Below are positions 1 through 14,239 of a DNA stretch of 64,000 nt, one piece after another (position 1 is the first letter of the stretch; each line of letters starts with the position of its first letter). Origin of the DNA: Bigelowiella natans CCMP2755 (taxonomy: Eukaryota > Protista > Cercozoa); contig ADNK01003198.1 in assembly GCA_000320545.1 (NCBI GenBank), forward strand, positions 1 through 64,000, given 5' to 3'. The translations under genes and the position numbers were made by a program. The notes beneath the pieces were generated by a model. The model did not search any database. It was not told the DNA's origin and saw only the letters and a list, made by a program, of their open reading frames with translations.

Positions 1-29
1 TCTATCTCTCTCTCTCTCTATATCTGTAT

Positions 30-460
30 CGAGAGGGAGGCAGCGGGAGCACTCCAGAGAAGGTGCTGAGAAGTGCGCGACGCACACAGTCGGACGCAGG
101 AGCCATCGCTGTCAGTTATGTTGATACCTAGAGGAGGTGATCAACAGATTTACAACCCCCTTCCCTCCTCAATGGACATAGCTGAGAGCCAGACATCGAG
201 CTGCTTTGTATGATAGCACTCCGTAGCGACAGCACATCAACGGCCACGTGTCACTCACTCTCTGTCATGCACATAGAAGTTGCTGTAGGGACACAACGTG
301 ATCTCGAGGGAGAGCTCGTGTGTCAGCGTCTCCCAGACAGCCACACAGGGTGACTCACACACTGACTCTGAGTCTGTCTGTCTCTCAATCTCGGTCATAA
401 TCGCGTTGAGGTATGGACACGAGAAGCAGTTATTGGGAAATAGTACACATAGGGAAAAAA

Positions 461-462
<2 letters not shown>
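30..462. other. Non-microsatellite, relatively GC-rich segment inside a DDB1 intron, abutting a (TA)n tract; possible repeat or mobile-element fragment
   Basis: About 430 bp of complex sequence, unlike the SSR-rich introns around it. It sits between a (CT)n tract and about 60 bp of (TA)n at 463-523. No TIR/TSD pair is demonstrable within the window. Confidence 0.25.
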
Positions 463-526
<64 letters not shown>

Positions 527-593
527 TTGCTTGACTTCGTATCATCATATTGACCAAACTAATCTTACATGATTCTGCCCCCCCCAATTTCAG

Positions 594-932
594 GATCAAT
601 TATTTATCTGCACAGAGAGGAACACCTTCTGTGTGTTAGCATGGCACTCACCAACAAGGTCCCTCGTCACACGTGCAAGCGGCAGTTTACATCAGAAAAC
701 GTTCAGAAGATTAGAGGGCGAATATGGAGGCCCATTAGGTCTCATCGACAAGCGATATGGAATCGTGGGGTTGTACATGTTCGAAGGGGTTTTCCAGTAC
801 TTCCTCACGCACAATATCAAGCCCCATCTTGTTAGGTATATGACATGATGCGCTGCTGCTGCTGCTGCTGCACGTGATGGAAATACATAGTAGTAGTGGT
901 AGTAGTAGTAGTAGCAGTAGTGGTAGTGGAAA

Positions 933-963
<31 letters not shown>

Positions 964-1637
964 ACAAATATGAATACGTGTATATTGCCCTCGTCGATAT
1001 CACATTGAGAGTAAAATCCCTATTGATTTGTGAACAAATAGTCCAGTGAATTTGGTAAGTAGTGTTTATTTAACATTTGACACGACGACCCACTTTTTTG
1101 TTGTTGTTCTCCAGGCTCGATGAGCTGCACGTGATTTCAATGTGTTTTATTGAGGTACCTTAATCGAAGTAGTAATAGCAATTTTAATGATGAGTATTAT
1201 AGTACACAAATGCTGTGCTCCGTTGAACTGTACAAACACGGTATTCCATGCTAAGTGACAACTAATATCACTGCCACTAGTAATACTACTACTAATAAAT
1301 TGTCACTAATTCTACGATTTTTGTTGTCGTAGGGATATACACGGCCAGTGTTACTAGTGCTGTTCACAGACTCTCGGGATGAGAAGTTTCTGAAGACGTA
1401 TTATCTAAACACCAGTGAGCATGTCTTGGAGAAAGGTCCATGGAGGGATATTATTCAGATTGAATCAGGGGCATCACGCCTCGTCGCAGTCCCACAGCCA
1501 GGAAGAGGCCCTGGGGGGGGGGATGGGGGAGTGCTGGTACTGTTACTACTTAGTTGCACGTATGATCACGTCATCATATGATAGTAGTAAGGACAAACAC
1601 CAAGATTATTATCATCACTGTAGTACCTTTCTTATGC

Positions 1638-1669
<32 letters not shown>

Positions 1670-2058
1670 ATAGTAGTAGTAATGATGCTCATGGTTCATC
1701 GAGTGTGCGCAGAAGGCCCATTTCCCACCATAACCATCAAAATAATGGAGAAAGTGTTTCACCGCACCCATCATCGTGATTAGGTCGTCGGCTCTGAGTC
1801 CATTTCTTTCATTGACCGTAACCGGAGATTTGACGTGAGGATGAACGCAACTCGCATTGAGTGCGTAGATCCCATCGACACAAACCGCTACCTGATGGGA
1901 GACATCGATGGCAAGCTGTCGATGGTCATTCTGAAAAGAGACGCACGAGACCAAGTCAATGGACTTCAAATCGAGGAACATCTCGGTGTGACGTCCAAGG
2001 TGCTGCCTCTTCTTCCCCTTCCCCTCATTCTCCTCCCCTCCCCTCCGCCGTGTCTCTT

Positions 2059-2097
<39 letters not shown>

Positions 2098-3373
2098 TTG
2101 TTAGCGCGTGCGTATTTCGGCATTGTTGAATCTTTTTGAAGATTACAATGCTTCGCGACTGATATAATTCTACTACAAAATGCCCCTGCGCAATAACCCA
2201 CACAACAGGCCAGCACCCTGACGTACCTGGACAATGCATACGTGTTCGTTGGCTCTACTGACGGAGACTCGCAACTCATTCAATTGTCGAGCAAGCCTTC
2301 TGCAAATGGGTCATTCATAAAGGTATGAAACAACAACAACAACAACAACAACAACACGTGCAACAATCAATTATTAGAAGGGGGGGGGGGGGTGATAAAC
2401 ATGAACGTGTTGCTGTGGACATAAGATCAAACTAAAAACCAGTAGTTTCATGCCAAGTTCTAGATGTAATATATATTTTCAACAGGATTTTCAACGACTA
2501 TTTTGATTGCATGCTATCATGGGTCTTTCTTATTGGCGTCATCGTCGCATGATAATGTATTATTCAGGAGGTGGAAAGATACACAAACTTGGGCCCAATC
2601 GTAGATTTTTGTGTGGTAGATCTAGATCGCCAAGGACAAGGAATGGTAGTACGACAGAAGCAGCAGCAGCAGCAGCAGCACTACCACCATATCTTTGCTT
2701 TTGTAATAATACTATGTGCAATTATTACGAAGAAAGAAGAAGGAAATGGCGAGCGTAGTCGATCCTGATGAAATTGCAGCGAAAGTCGTCGTTAAGATGT
2801 TGTGCTTTATTTGTTGTTGTTGTTATTGTTGTTGTTGTTGGTGGTGGTGGTGCAGATGGTTACTTGCTCGGGGTGTGGAAAAGACGGGTCTCTACGTGTT
2901 GTACGAAATGGGATTGGAATCACACCAGATGCCAACATCGAGGTACTAACAGTAGTACTAGTAGTAATAGCAATTGTAGGTAGCAGCCACGACGATCGAT
3001 AACAAGAAAAACGACTACGAAGAGGATGATGATGACGATGATGAGGATGATGATGATGATGATGATGAGCAAGATGAGACATCGAACAATGTTGGTGAAT
3101 ATTAGTAATGTGAGTATGTGCTGTGCCTCTCATATCGTTCATTGGCTCGAGAAGGAGTTCTCCCCACTGACTAACTTGCACATGTGTGTGTGTGTGTGTG
3201 TGTGTGTTGTTGGGGTAACTGCTATTAGCTTTCTGGAATGCAAGGGTTGTGGTCATTGAAGCAAGATGAGAAGTCTCTCTACCACTCATATCTGGTAATT
3301 ATTCAATCAATCATCATCTACAACGAACGATCGAACATCAAATGGACGACAACCCGCTTCTCATAGTTCTTCT

Positions 3374-3418
<45 letters not shown>

Positions 3419-3508
3419 CATGCCAACTTTGTCATCGTAATAACAATGATCAGGTCCTCTCGTTTGCCGTGGAAACGCACGTATTGGGAGTGGTGTCTCA
3501 CGCGAAGG

Positions 3509-3544
<36 letters not shown>

Positions 3545-4099
3545 CAATAGTTTGCGATGTGTTCATTCACGCTGTTGCTCATAATAATCGCCCAATGCCA
3601 CTATTCTTTATGCACGGCTCTTTCCTCTGTCAGACGATGGACATCGATGCCGACAACGAATCTGGTGATAGCACCGCGAAAACGGCTAAGCTTGCCCAGG
3701 TGCTGGTGACGGGGTTTGACCATGAAGCGGAGACTTTGTTCACAGCAAATATGAAGGTTTGTGCAATAGGAGCAAGTGCAGCAATAGTAATAGTAGTTGT
3801 TGTTGTTGTTGTGTTCTCATGCTGTTGTTGTTGTTGTTGTTGTAATAGTTGTTGCTCGAAATGACAGCTTTCTATCATCATGATTATACAGGGGAATCAC
3901 ATTGTCCAAGTCACTCCATACGAGGTGCGAGTCATTTCCTGCTTAGACCTCACCCTCAAGTCGAAGTGGCGGCCAAATCAAACAAAGGAGGAAAAGGTGG
4001 GGGAGGAGGAGAAGGAGGGGGGACAATCAGCAAACAGCACAGGAGGGAGCGCATCATCGTCCAGGAGCAAACGTCTGCAAAAGGTACAAGTAGTACAAA

Positions 4100-4132
<33 letters not shown>

Positions 4133-4616
4133 CAATGTGCTGAGGGCGAGGAGATCGGTGGTAGGAAATTCAGCAATGTGTTGAGGGCGAGGAAATCGGT
4201 GGTAGGAAATTCAACAAAAGGGAGGGAGGGAATCATCCTTACTTACAGATAATACCTACTGCTGTCTATGATGATGATGATGATGACTTAAGCTATATAT
4301 TTACTATCACCAATGCTGCTGCTGTTGTTGTTGTTGTTGTTGTTGTCCAGGCTCATGGATGCGGACGCTATCTCCTAGTAGCTCTCGGCGGCAACGAAGT
4401 GACATTATTAGAGTTGATTAATGACGATGGAGATCTCGTTGAAAGAGGGACTAAATCTTTCCAAACCGAGGTAGGTACCAGCAGTAGCAGCAGCAGCCTT
4501 GATTGAAGAAAATATGAAAACCAGATGTAGCACTTGTTCGTTGTCTATAGCTCTATCAGCTAAGAGACCTGCTTCTGATAGGGGCAAGATGCATGTCGAT
4601 ATAGTGTTTAATTATG

Positions 4617-4656
<40 letters not shown>

Positions 4657-5644
4657 CTTACTTACTGATTCATCCATTCACTCATTTTGCAGGTTTCTTG
4701 CATTTCACTTTCAGCTGATATTATAATATCTGCTGGGGCTGGTGGTGAGAGCACAATGATGGCAATAGATGGAGGAACAGCACCATCATCATCGTCGTCA
4801 TCATCGTCATCATCATCATCATCATCGTGTATAGCAGCGTTGGGGTTGTGGGATGAGCAAGGGGTAGTTGTACTCAGGATCCCGAGTATGGAAGTAGTAA
4901 CTTCCAAATCACTACGAATCGAAGACAACGATGATGAGAGTGTTGTTCGATCCCTCATCTTTTGCAGGTGGTAGACTGCTACTCACCGCTATGTTGTTGA
5001 CGGATGATGATGATGATGATGATGATAATGATGATGATGATGAAGAAGAAAAATGATGATGATGATAACTTTTGTTGTTGCTGTTGTTGTTGTTCATGTT
5101 GTTGTTGTTCATGTTATGATGAGAAAAACATTTGATGGCCTGCCCACCACCACGTCTATCACAACAATTTCCCCTCTTTTATGATCATTGAGTGAGAATC
5201 TTTGTAACAAGTCGATAGTCTTCGTCCTTCTCTCTACCATCTTCTTCCTCCTCCTCCTCCTCCTCCTCACTACCATCGTCTGTTTATATCATTTAGCTAC
5301 TAAAATATTTTGCCCATTTATTCTCTGATTTATCTATCTCCTCCCTCCTCTTAGACTGGGTGGTATACTTCGCCTCTTTTGTGGAATGGGTGATGGAGAT
5401 CTGCTCGTGTTTCAGCTTGAAAAGGGAGGGGGGGAGAGCAAAGGAGACGATTCTAAATCATCTTCTTGCAGCAGCAGTAGTAGCGGCAAGATTGTGTTGT
5501 CAGGCCCCAAGAAAGTGACGCTAGGAACGCATCCAGTGTCTTTGACATCGTTTGAGACAAAGGTAGTACCAGGAGTAGTAGTAGTAGCACAAATTGTTGT
5601 TTTTGTTGCTGTTATTCGTGCTCATGAGCGCTCCCCTCTCTCTT

Positions 5645-5702
<58 letters not shown>

Positions 5703-5894
5703 ACACCTATTTTGTGAATAGTGCAAAAGAAAAATGAATGTATGTAAATTCTCTCCAAGCAGCAGCAGCATCACCAAATCAACATCTTGGCCTTTTTTCC
5801 TTGTTCTCTTCCCTCGTCTTCGCATTGTGAGTCATAATCACGATAGGAAAGCGCAGTTTTGTTGGCGTTTGTTGTCACTATTCTCACCTATTTG

Positions 5895-5929
<35 letters not shown>

Positions 5930-7688
5930 GATCTTTAGAATGGGTGGCAAATCATGGCTTGCTGTGACCGTCCAACGGTTATCCATTGCGGGGGACAAAA
6001 AGGAGGCGGCCCCAGCACAAGACTGGTCTATAATAATGTCAACCTCAAGCAAGTAATAATTAGGCTTCTTTGTGGGTGGGGATGTGTTGCTTCTTCGATG
6101 ATGTAGTGTCAGATGATACTCACACTAAAAAGCTGCGTTCGGGTGTGCTTCATCCGATGTTGTTGGGAAACTATGCAAATCTGTTTCTCTCTTTTCTCTC
6201 TCTCTCTTGCGCCTTCTTCTTGATAACAATGATAATCCTTTTCTCTTGTTCTCTCTTACTAAAGGTGAGACATATGGCAAGCTTTCGGACTCCATCTTGT
6301 CCAGATGCGCTCGCCTTTGCTACGCGGGTAACAACAAGGAGAGTAGAAGAAGAGGCTTTTACTTCACACTCTTTCGTTGAAATGCAACATAACAACTACG
6401 GTGGACGACGATTATGAACGAATATTATGGTTTAGTGTCAGAGTAAGCTGTGTGATTTGCTATGTTGAAGCACAGCACCGCTATCATCGGCACTAACAAC
6501 AATTTCTAATAAACAACAGGGCAGCCTACTGATTGGCAGTGCAGATGACGTTCAAAAGCTACACGTAACCACATTCCCTTTGGTACTACTACTACTACTA
6601 CTATATTCTTTATATTATATATGACTATGCTTATATGGATGATTAATGATGCTACTAGCATTAGAGTTTTGGTGAGCTAATATGATGATCTAGACGGGTT
6701 TGATTCTTTATTATGCTGCAAAGATAATGAAGAATCTATCCAAAGAAGACACGTTAAATCACCTTTTTCCTCCGCATCATCATCCTCAGCATCATGATCA
6801 TGTTTCTCCTCTCCCCACACACCGCATCGTCATCATCATCATCATCTTCATGACCTCTAATCTCATTGGTGATTGCAGAAGGAGCAGCCGAGAAGAATCG
6901 TTCACCAGCCACAGACAAACACCTTCCTTTTGACCACGGAACCATCAGCAGCAGCAGCAGCAGCAGCAGCGCCCAACACCGCCAATACTACTACCAATCA
7001 AGGAGGAGAAGGAGAAGATAGGTAGTAGTTGTAGTGTGTGTGTGTGTGTGTGTGTGTATACTTCTTCTTCTTCTTTATACAATGAAAATAGACCGCTAAT
7101 AATCCACTAAGCTTACTAGACGACCGCTGCTTGAATAGCTATTATGACTCCTACTTACTCACGCGATTTGCTTTGCCATCAACACGAAACAACACCACCA
7201 CCACTACCACCACCACCACCACCACCAGGAGGAGGCCTTCGTCGTCATCATCATCAGCTACTACTCGGTGCAGCATACGAATCATGGATGGCCAATCCTT
7301 CGAGAAGGTCACGGGGATGGACCTCCTGCCTTTCGAGGTCGGAATGTCGGCCACGTCTACCAGATTCAAAAAAACGGGAGGGGGGGGAGGAGGAGGAGAT
7401 GCTCTAGCAGTTGAAGGGAAAAAAGGCAGCGGTTACTACTACATCGTTGGAACAGCATTCATACGTCCTCATGAGGATGAGCCTACGAGAGGAAGAGTGC
7501 TTGTTCTACAATACCTGCCAACAAAGAAGATGCTCAGGCTGGTAGCGGAATATGACACCAACGGAGCGGTACTAGTAGTAGTAGTAGTAGTAGTAGTGAT
7601 AATAGTAGCCATAAGAATTAAGTAGTAGAAACAGGAAGAAGTAAGAAAGGATGAAAGGAGTGCCGCATTCATCTCTTTATCTCGATTG

Positions 7689-7719
<31 letters not shown>

Positions 7720-8391
7720 CTCTCTCTCTCTCTCTTGGTCTTTCTTTCATAGGTCTACTGCCTAAGCCCCTTTAACGGGAGACTGCTCATCAGCGTTAAT
7801 AGTGTCGTAGAGCTTCTAGAATGGGAGAAATTTAACTCACCACGACGAAGACAAATAAGAGGGGTAGTAGTAATAGTAGTAGTAGAAGAAGAAGAAGAAG
7901 TAGCAGTAGCAGTAGTGGCAGTGGCAATACATCTGGTAGAGTGCGGTGGGAAAGTGGTTGGGAGAATCGTTATCACCATCACCATCATAATCATCATCAT
8001 CATCATCATCCTGATCATCATCTAAGCATTGTGCCTTCGTCGTTGCCTCCTAATACACATAGCACACTTCATCCATAAGAGTAGTAGTAGCGTCTCTTAC
8101 TCAATAATGACACATCATCATTATCATCAGTCTTTACACAATTAATCATCCATCTATCCATCCATCCATCCATCCATCCATCCACTGTTTCAGGGATTCG
8201 GATCATCATCAACGGCATCGACGTCATCATCATTCCGAGAAGGCAAGCTGAAGCGCATAGCTACTCATAGAGGCCACATCATAGCGATTCTTATTGCTAC
8301 ACACGGTACTGACCATTGATTTATTGATCTATTGATCTATTGATCTATTTATGTACCATGCCGCAATTCAACCATCTACTACCCTTTCTCA

Positions 8392-8424
<33 letters not shown>

Positions 8425-9213
8425 CTTTCATCTGCAGCCTCCCTTCTTCTACTTCTTCTTCTTCTTTTACTGCTGCTGCTACCGCTGCTTAAAACTTCTC
8501 CTACTAGCCTATAACAATTAAGCCTCTATCGAGCGCCTCGTTCTTGTAGTCATTATTTGTTTCTCTTTTCTCTTCTTCTTCTTCTCTTCTTCCTCAAGGC
8601 GATTACTTCGTAGTTGGAGACTTGATGAAATCGGTGATGTTATTGATGTTCAAGGTAGTGTTGCAAAGCTTGCAAATCTATTGACTGCGGTCACGCTGTT
8701 TCCTCGTGTCATCTACCAGTCAACAAGAACAAACCCCACTATTATCCTCCCAATCATCTTTGCTGTACGAAGCGAAAACGATTTCACAACTTTTCATCTT
8801 ATCATTATCCACTGGGGTTTTTTTTCCCCCCCCCCCCCTCCCCCCCCCCCCCCTCTTCCAACCACCATCAGGAGGACTCGGGAACTATTGTGGAAGTAGC
8901 ACGTGAGTTTGGGAACAAATGGATGACAGCAGTAGATATGGTGGATGATAACGTGTACCTCGGCACGGACGACAACCTCAACTTATACAGCTGGAAGAGG
9001 AACATAGCTTCGGTGAACGAAGAGGAAAGACAGGCTCTACGGGTAGCAGGAAGCTTTCATCTGGGAGAGCTTGTTAACGCAATTCGAAGGGTCAGGATGA
9101 TGATGATGATGATGATGACGATGACGGAAGAGGGGGGGAGAGAAGGAGGCTAACGTAGGTCATAATCATGATGAGGGTGGTGACAAAGATGATGATGATG
9201 ATGATGAGAAATA

Positions 9214-9260
<47 letters not shown>

Positions 9261-10210
9261 TCACTCTCAGGGTTCTCTTGTGATGAAAGTACCCGAAGAT
9301 CATAAGAGCAGTAGTAGTAATAGTAACAGTAGTAGTGGTAGTAGCGCCAGGAGGGTTTCTCCTGGTGGTGGTGGTACTGCATATGCTGCTTTAGAATCAT
9401 CGTCTCCTAATCACTCATCACATCTCTTTGGAACCGTGAATGGGGTTATCGGAGTTGTAGCACCGGTAATAAAAGTAGATATAAATACATAAATAAATAA
9501 CTATTGGTGGCAGTAGCAGTAGCAGTTGTTACTGTTACCTTGGCTCATATAGCTGTGGTTGATAGTGTATAATATACATATATTATATGGTTCCAATGCG
9601 TTCATCTATCGCATGGAGAGACCTATTTGTTCCCCTTGCTGTTGTTTGTTGTTTGTTGTTGTTCATAACGAACATCTGAAAATAATCCAGATTAAGCGGA
9701 AGCAGTATCACTTTCTCAAAAACGTAGAACGTGCTTTGGCGCAAGTTGTGAAAGGGGTGTGTTCGCTGTTTAATAGAAATATCATCACCATCATCATCAT
9801 CATCATCATCATCATCACAAATAGATACAGATAGATATATCAGCAGTGGTAACTTTGTTGCTGCTCTTGTTGTTGTTGTTGTTGTTGTTGTCGGCCTATA
9901 TACTTTGAAAGTGTATTCAACTTTAGAGGATCTTTAGTCTTGGCCAATATTTTCATCCCGTAAATCATTCGATGTATGCGTATTACATTCTCCCAAACAG
10001 GTTGGAGGTTTAAGGCATAAAATGTTCAGAAGCCCTGTTTTGAGAAGTCAAGAGATGAAAATGGAAGAAAGCAAGAACTTCGTTGATGGGGATTTAGTTG
10101 AGAAGATACTCACATTGAACCAAGATGACATGGAGAAGATTTCGAAGATACTTAAGCAGCCTGTGGAGAGTATCATTCGTCAAGTAGAAGCGGCAGCTCG
10201 TGTTCACTGA
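594..10210 (+). CDS. DDB1: DNA damage-binding protein 1 (CUL4 adaptor, triple beta-propeller); about 26 exons in window, 5' end outside window
   Basis: GT-AG spliced exons give DDB1 motifs in order: DQLFICTE..., [128 protein letters not shown]. Ends AAARVH-TGA at 10208-10210. Confidence 0.95.
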
Positions 10211-10939
10211 TAATGGCACGTGTCTATCCGATGAGGATTATTGCTTATTAATGTTCTGCTATCATAAAAACATCATGCAGCATGAGCATGCAATTCTTTT
10301 TGTGCGTGCGTATTTACAAGAATACTGTTATAAATTGTAGAGAGCCCGTATATGTAAATGCGTGGAATCTCTTGCTAAAACGTAGTCTGATGCTTGCAGG
10401 CATCGATCGGAATGCGCAGCAGCATCGTCATTAGTCCATATTTCCATAGTAATAGCGACTTGGCTAACATATGTGCTGCGTAGATTATGCATTAGCTCGA
10501 TCATACACGACGCGTATATACAAGCATCGTTTATCATGTAGCTAGTTTACAAGGCTACCGTACCGTCAAGCGCGTTGATTATATTAGTATTTTTTGCGGC
10601 TAGGATGAAATAGGCCACCAGCTAAATCTAGACATATATGTGGGAGAATGGGCCATTTTATAGATTGGCAATACTAGAATAGAAGCATACAGCATATATT
10701 GCATGTGAAATTACATATAGCCTTTATGCTTTGGCATGAACGACGTCACCATGGCCCACCGCCATGTACCATGACCACCACAAAGAGAAGTCTATTCGGA
10801 GAAGAATCGCGCACGATGGCGCGCTGTTACAATACTATTGCGATGCATCCGCAGTGGTCAGTCATTGTTAGCAGCTTTTCCGTACGGGTAACAACCGTCT
10901 GATGAACAGACTCTTGTGCATGAAAACTAATGTTATTTT

Positions 10940-11458
10940 TCACCATCGAGATTGGTGAGCCGCATCTCGAATATCCCATTCATCTGATAACATCGTTAGA
11001 TAAAGTGAAAAATAAAGTACGTTGGAATGCAATGAATTAGGACAAACTTGGCGCTCACGATACGAATATCAATATAGAGATATGCTGGCAATGTCGCCAT
11101 AGCAATCAAACGCATCGTTTCTGCCTCCCTGAGCTAATGAACTCAAGCTTATCCCTACCCATTTTAAAAGTTACTAGCCTAGTTTATTGATAATGATTAT
11201 ATATGTGTGCGTAGCATCCCCTCCCCCTCTTACTCTTCTCCCTCCATCCCCCCAAAACTATCGGTGTTCTCTCTCATCTTACCTCGTTCAAATTCATCTG
11301 GCTCAGTATCATGAAGCAAAAAGTCGATAAATTTGGCCACTTTCTCTGAGCTCACGAGTTTGCCCTAATTAGTAAGTGGGAGGTATCTTAAAACGAAGGC
11401 GGCGTGCTGCTTCTCTCTCTGTCTCTTTCTCTATCTCATACTCTCTCCACCCTCCTCC

Positions 11459-11525
<67 letters not shown>

Positions 11526-13538
11526 AGGCGCGCGCGTTCCCTTACCTCTTCCTTGAGGTTTTTAAAAAATTGCACATTTTCGAAATCCTGAGCTGTACGC
11601 AGAGTTTGTTGCATTGGGGTGTCCACCACCCCTGGACGGATACTGCCAAAACGAGGAGGAAGAACAAGACGGGAAGAGCTGATAGGACTAGTAATAGTAG
11701 TAGTAGTAGTAGTAGAGGTAGTAGCAATAGGCAGCAGTATGAAGGGAAATTGGATTGTTGCTTGTGGATGTGATAAATTGGAAGAGGAGGAAGAAGAGAA
11801 GAAGGAAAACGAGGAGCATAATCATCATTGTCACATTCATCAACATATTCATCATTATCGTCATAATTACCTATCTTTTGAATCTGTACTCATATTATCC
11901 TGCCCAGATTCGCTCGTTACCGTTGTTTTTTCTTCCTTGAATACTTGGTACATCTGCAACATGACGACAGTGCAGGAGGGATGTTCATCAGAGAGGGTAG
12001 AAATGGGGGTGGAGATAGGTTTCGTTGTCATCGCAGATAATGAGAGATGGAGCTGTCTGTATTGACCCTATAACTGCTCGAGCTACATCTTTATACATAA
12101 AGGCGTGCGTGCGTGTGTGTGTGTGTGTGTGTGCGTTTGTAAGTGTGTGTATATGTGTGGTTTCTCCTTGTCGCATCCCTTCAAGGCCTTGTTCTATTTT
12201 TAACTACCATATGGAGTGCGGCCTTAGACATGCAGTATCCGCCCCAAGAATGGTACCTAATAACAGTGAGTTGTCGCGTTAGCTATTGTGAAGAGAGGGG
12301 GAAGAGGAGAACAAACAAACAATACAGTGTTCATTGGTCTTTCAAAAAGTCAAAAGGAGAACTATGACAGCAAGGGGTAAGTGAAGATAGGCAAATAGAG
12401 AAAGATACTCACGGTTTATGCGCCGCGCCGGACCCAACAAACAGCACCCTGGTGTGGTGCAGTATAACAAGATGATTGGCCACAATGATTAGATACGATT
12501 GAGGGTGAGGATAGAATAATACTTTTGCTTATATTGGGTGGAAAATGCTGATATTGTGACAATTTATTGTGTTTGGTGATATAAAGGAAGGATTATTCTC
12601 AATTTATTCATTCTTTAGACAAGTAAGAATAAACACGTGTGCGAAAGCACGGCATAGGCAGCAGAAATATATCGTAAAATCTACTAAGTGTACTACCTCG
12701 ACTCGTGATTAAGATGTGGAGAAGGGGGTGATAAGAGCTGCTGTGTAAGGAATAGCGGCCCTTCTACATTAATACGCATTATGCTTCTGCGTCGTTAAGG
12801 AAGAGGAAAATGAGCGAGATGAGAACTACAGTGAGACATTACGGAAAGGAAGAATGGTACTAGTTTCACTACTACACGTATATTTCGTCTTTATAATATA
12901 GTATGAATACCAAATCTCCCGAATAACGTACCGAAATGCTTCCAAATCAAGCTTCATAAGGGGGGTGATGGGTTCGATGACTCCAGCATTGTGAACAAGA
13001 TTTAACACCATGTCGTCTTTTTGGAAAGCAGTGAAATAAGAATTCATGAAAGAAGAATCACAAAGGATTCATATATAAATGGGGTATAGATTTCTTGATT
13101 TTCTCACTATAGCCACCATTGTTACCTTTGCCCAGAGTGTCAACGATTTTTTGCCTCCCGTCCTCAGATCCCACATCGGCTGGTACCACTCTCACATCAG
13201 GTGAGGAGGAGGAGGAGGAGGAGGAGGAGGAGGAGGAGGAGGAGGAGGAGGAGGAGGAGGAGGAGGAGGAAGCAGCTGCAAGGCACATCTCCCTGGTCTT
13301 ATCAAGCTGTGTTTCTCTCCGACCTACCAGGATGACATTTCGGCACGCCCGATTTCCACCAGCCTATTCGTGATCATTCATTCCATGCAATACACAGCAA
13401 ACATCCTCACAAAAAAAGAAACATTCTTATGATATGAACGAAATATGATCTTGAACAAACCAATTGAGTTGCAATGGCGCGCCCTATCCCTGAGCCCGCG
13501 CCCGTGATGATAGACCACGTCTTCTTCGCAGCGGCCAT
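10940..13538 (-). CDS. Classical short-chain dehydrogenase/reductase (sepiapterin/benzil reductase-like), multi-exon
   Basis: Exon 1 reads MAAAKKTWSIITGAGSGIGRAIA (TGxxxGxG). Later exons give LVHNAGVIEP, INVEGP, FVGSGAAH, YCMSK (YxxxK) and RPGVVDTPMQ. Last exon EWDIRDAAHQSRW-TGA at 10940-10942. A poly-Ser insert comes from a (GGA)n tract at about 13204-13270. Confidence 0.9.
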
Positions 13539-13997
13539 GTGAGATGTCCCTTCTGCTTTCTGGACGAGACGATGCCTAAGTGCCCCTTGTTTTCTCTGTC
13601 AATTTTTGTTGGAAATATGGGGCAAAGTGTGTGTGCGACAACGGCAATCCTCGAAAATTGATAAGTAGTGTTCCTAAACCTGCGTGCCTTTCTTTCTTCC
13701 TGGTACATGTACGACGAACTGCCTGGTCTTCAAACTGTTTTGCAAGCAAAGGACAGAATTTGAGGACGAATGGATTATGGATGACTTTCGGTGAAATGAA
13801 TACAAAATTCATGCAAGATCATGTGCAACAAAAAACGCGGACAAAATTGGCAAAACCAGGACAAAACATTTCGAAGACAAGGCAAATTCAGAAACGGTTT
13901 CTAGGGTTATTACCTCACAAAGCCGAAATCAGGAACAATAATGTTATGGCACTACATGTATCGCTTATGACACTCCGGACAGAACAACTGACCCCGG

Positions 13998-14036
13998 GAT
14001 TTTTGTCCTAGATCGATCTAAATGGGACATGAAATC
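13998..14036. other. Imperfect palindrome/hairpin in the SDR / GIY-YIG divergent spacer
   Basis: Perfect 12-bp palindrome TAGATCGATCTA at 14009-14020, flanked by TGTCC...GGACA and GATTT...AAATC arms. Confidence 0.5.
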
Positions 14037-14239
14037 ACAGGTGACGGCAGCGACTACCGAGCGACATGAAATATATGAGATTATCACGCTGAAAGAACCA
14101 GACGCCAGACGCACACTGACTCTGCAAAAAATAAGTTTCAATGCGGGTCGTGCATCACGAGCAGCAGTTCTTTCTTCTTTTTCTGTTCATCATCATTGTT
14201 CATTGTTCATTGCTTCAGTTTGTAGCTTTGCGATTAAAA

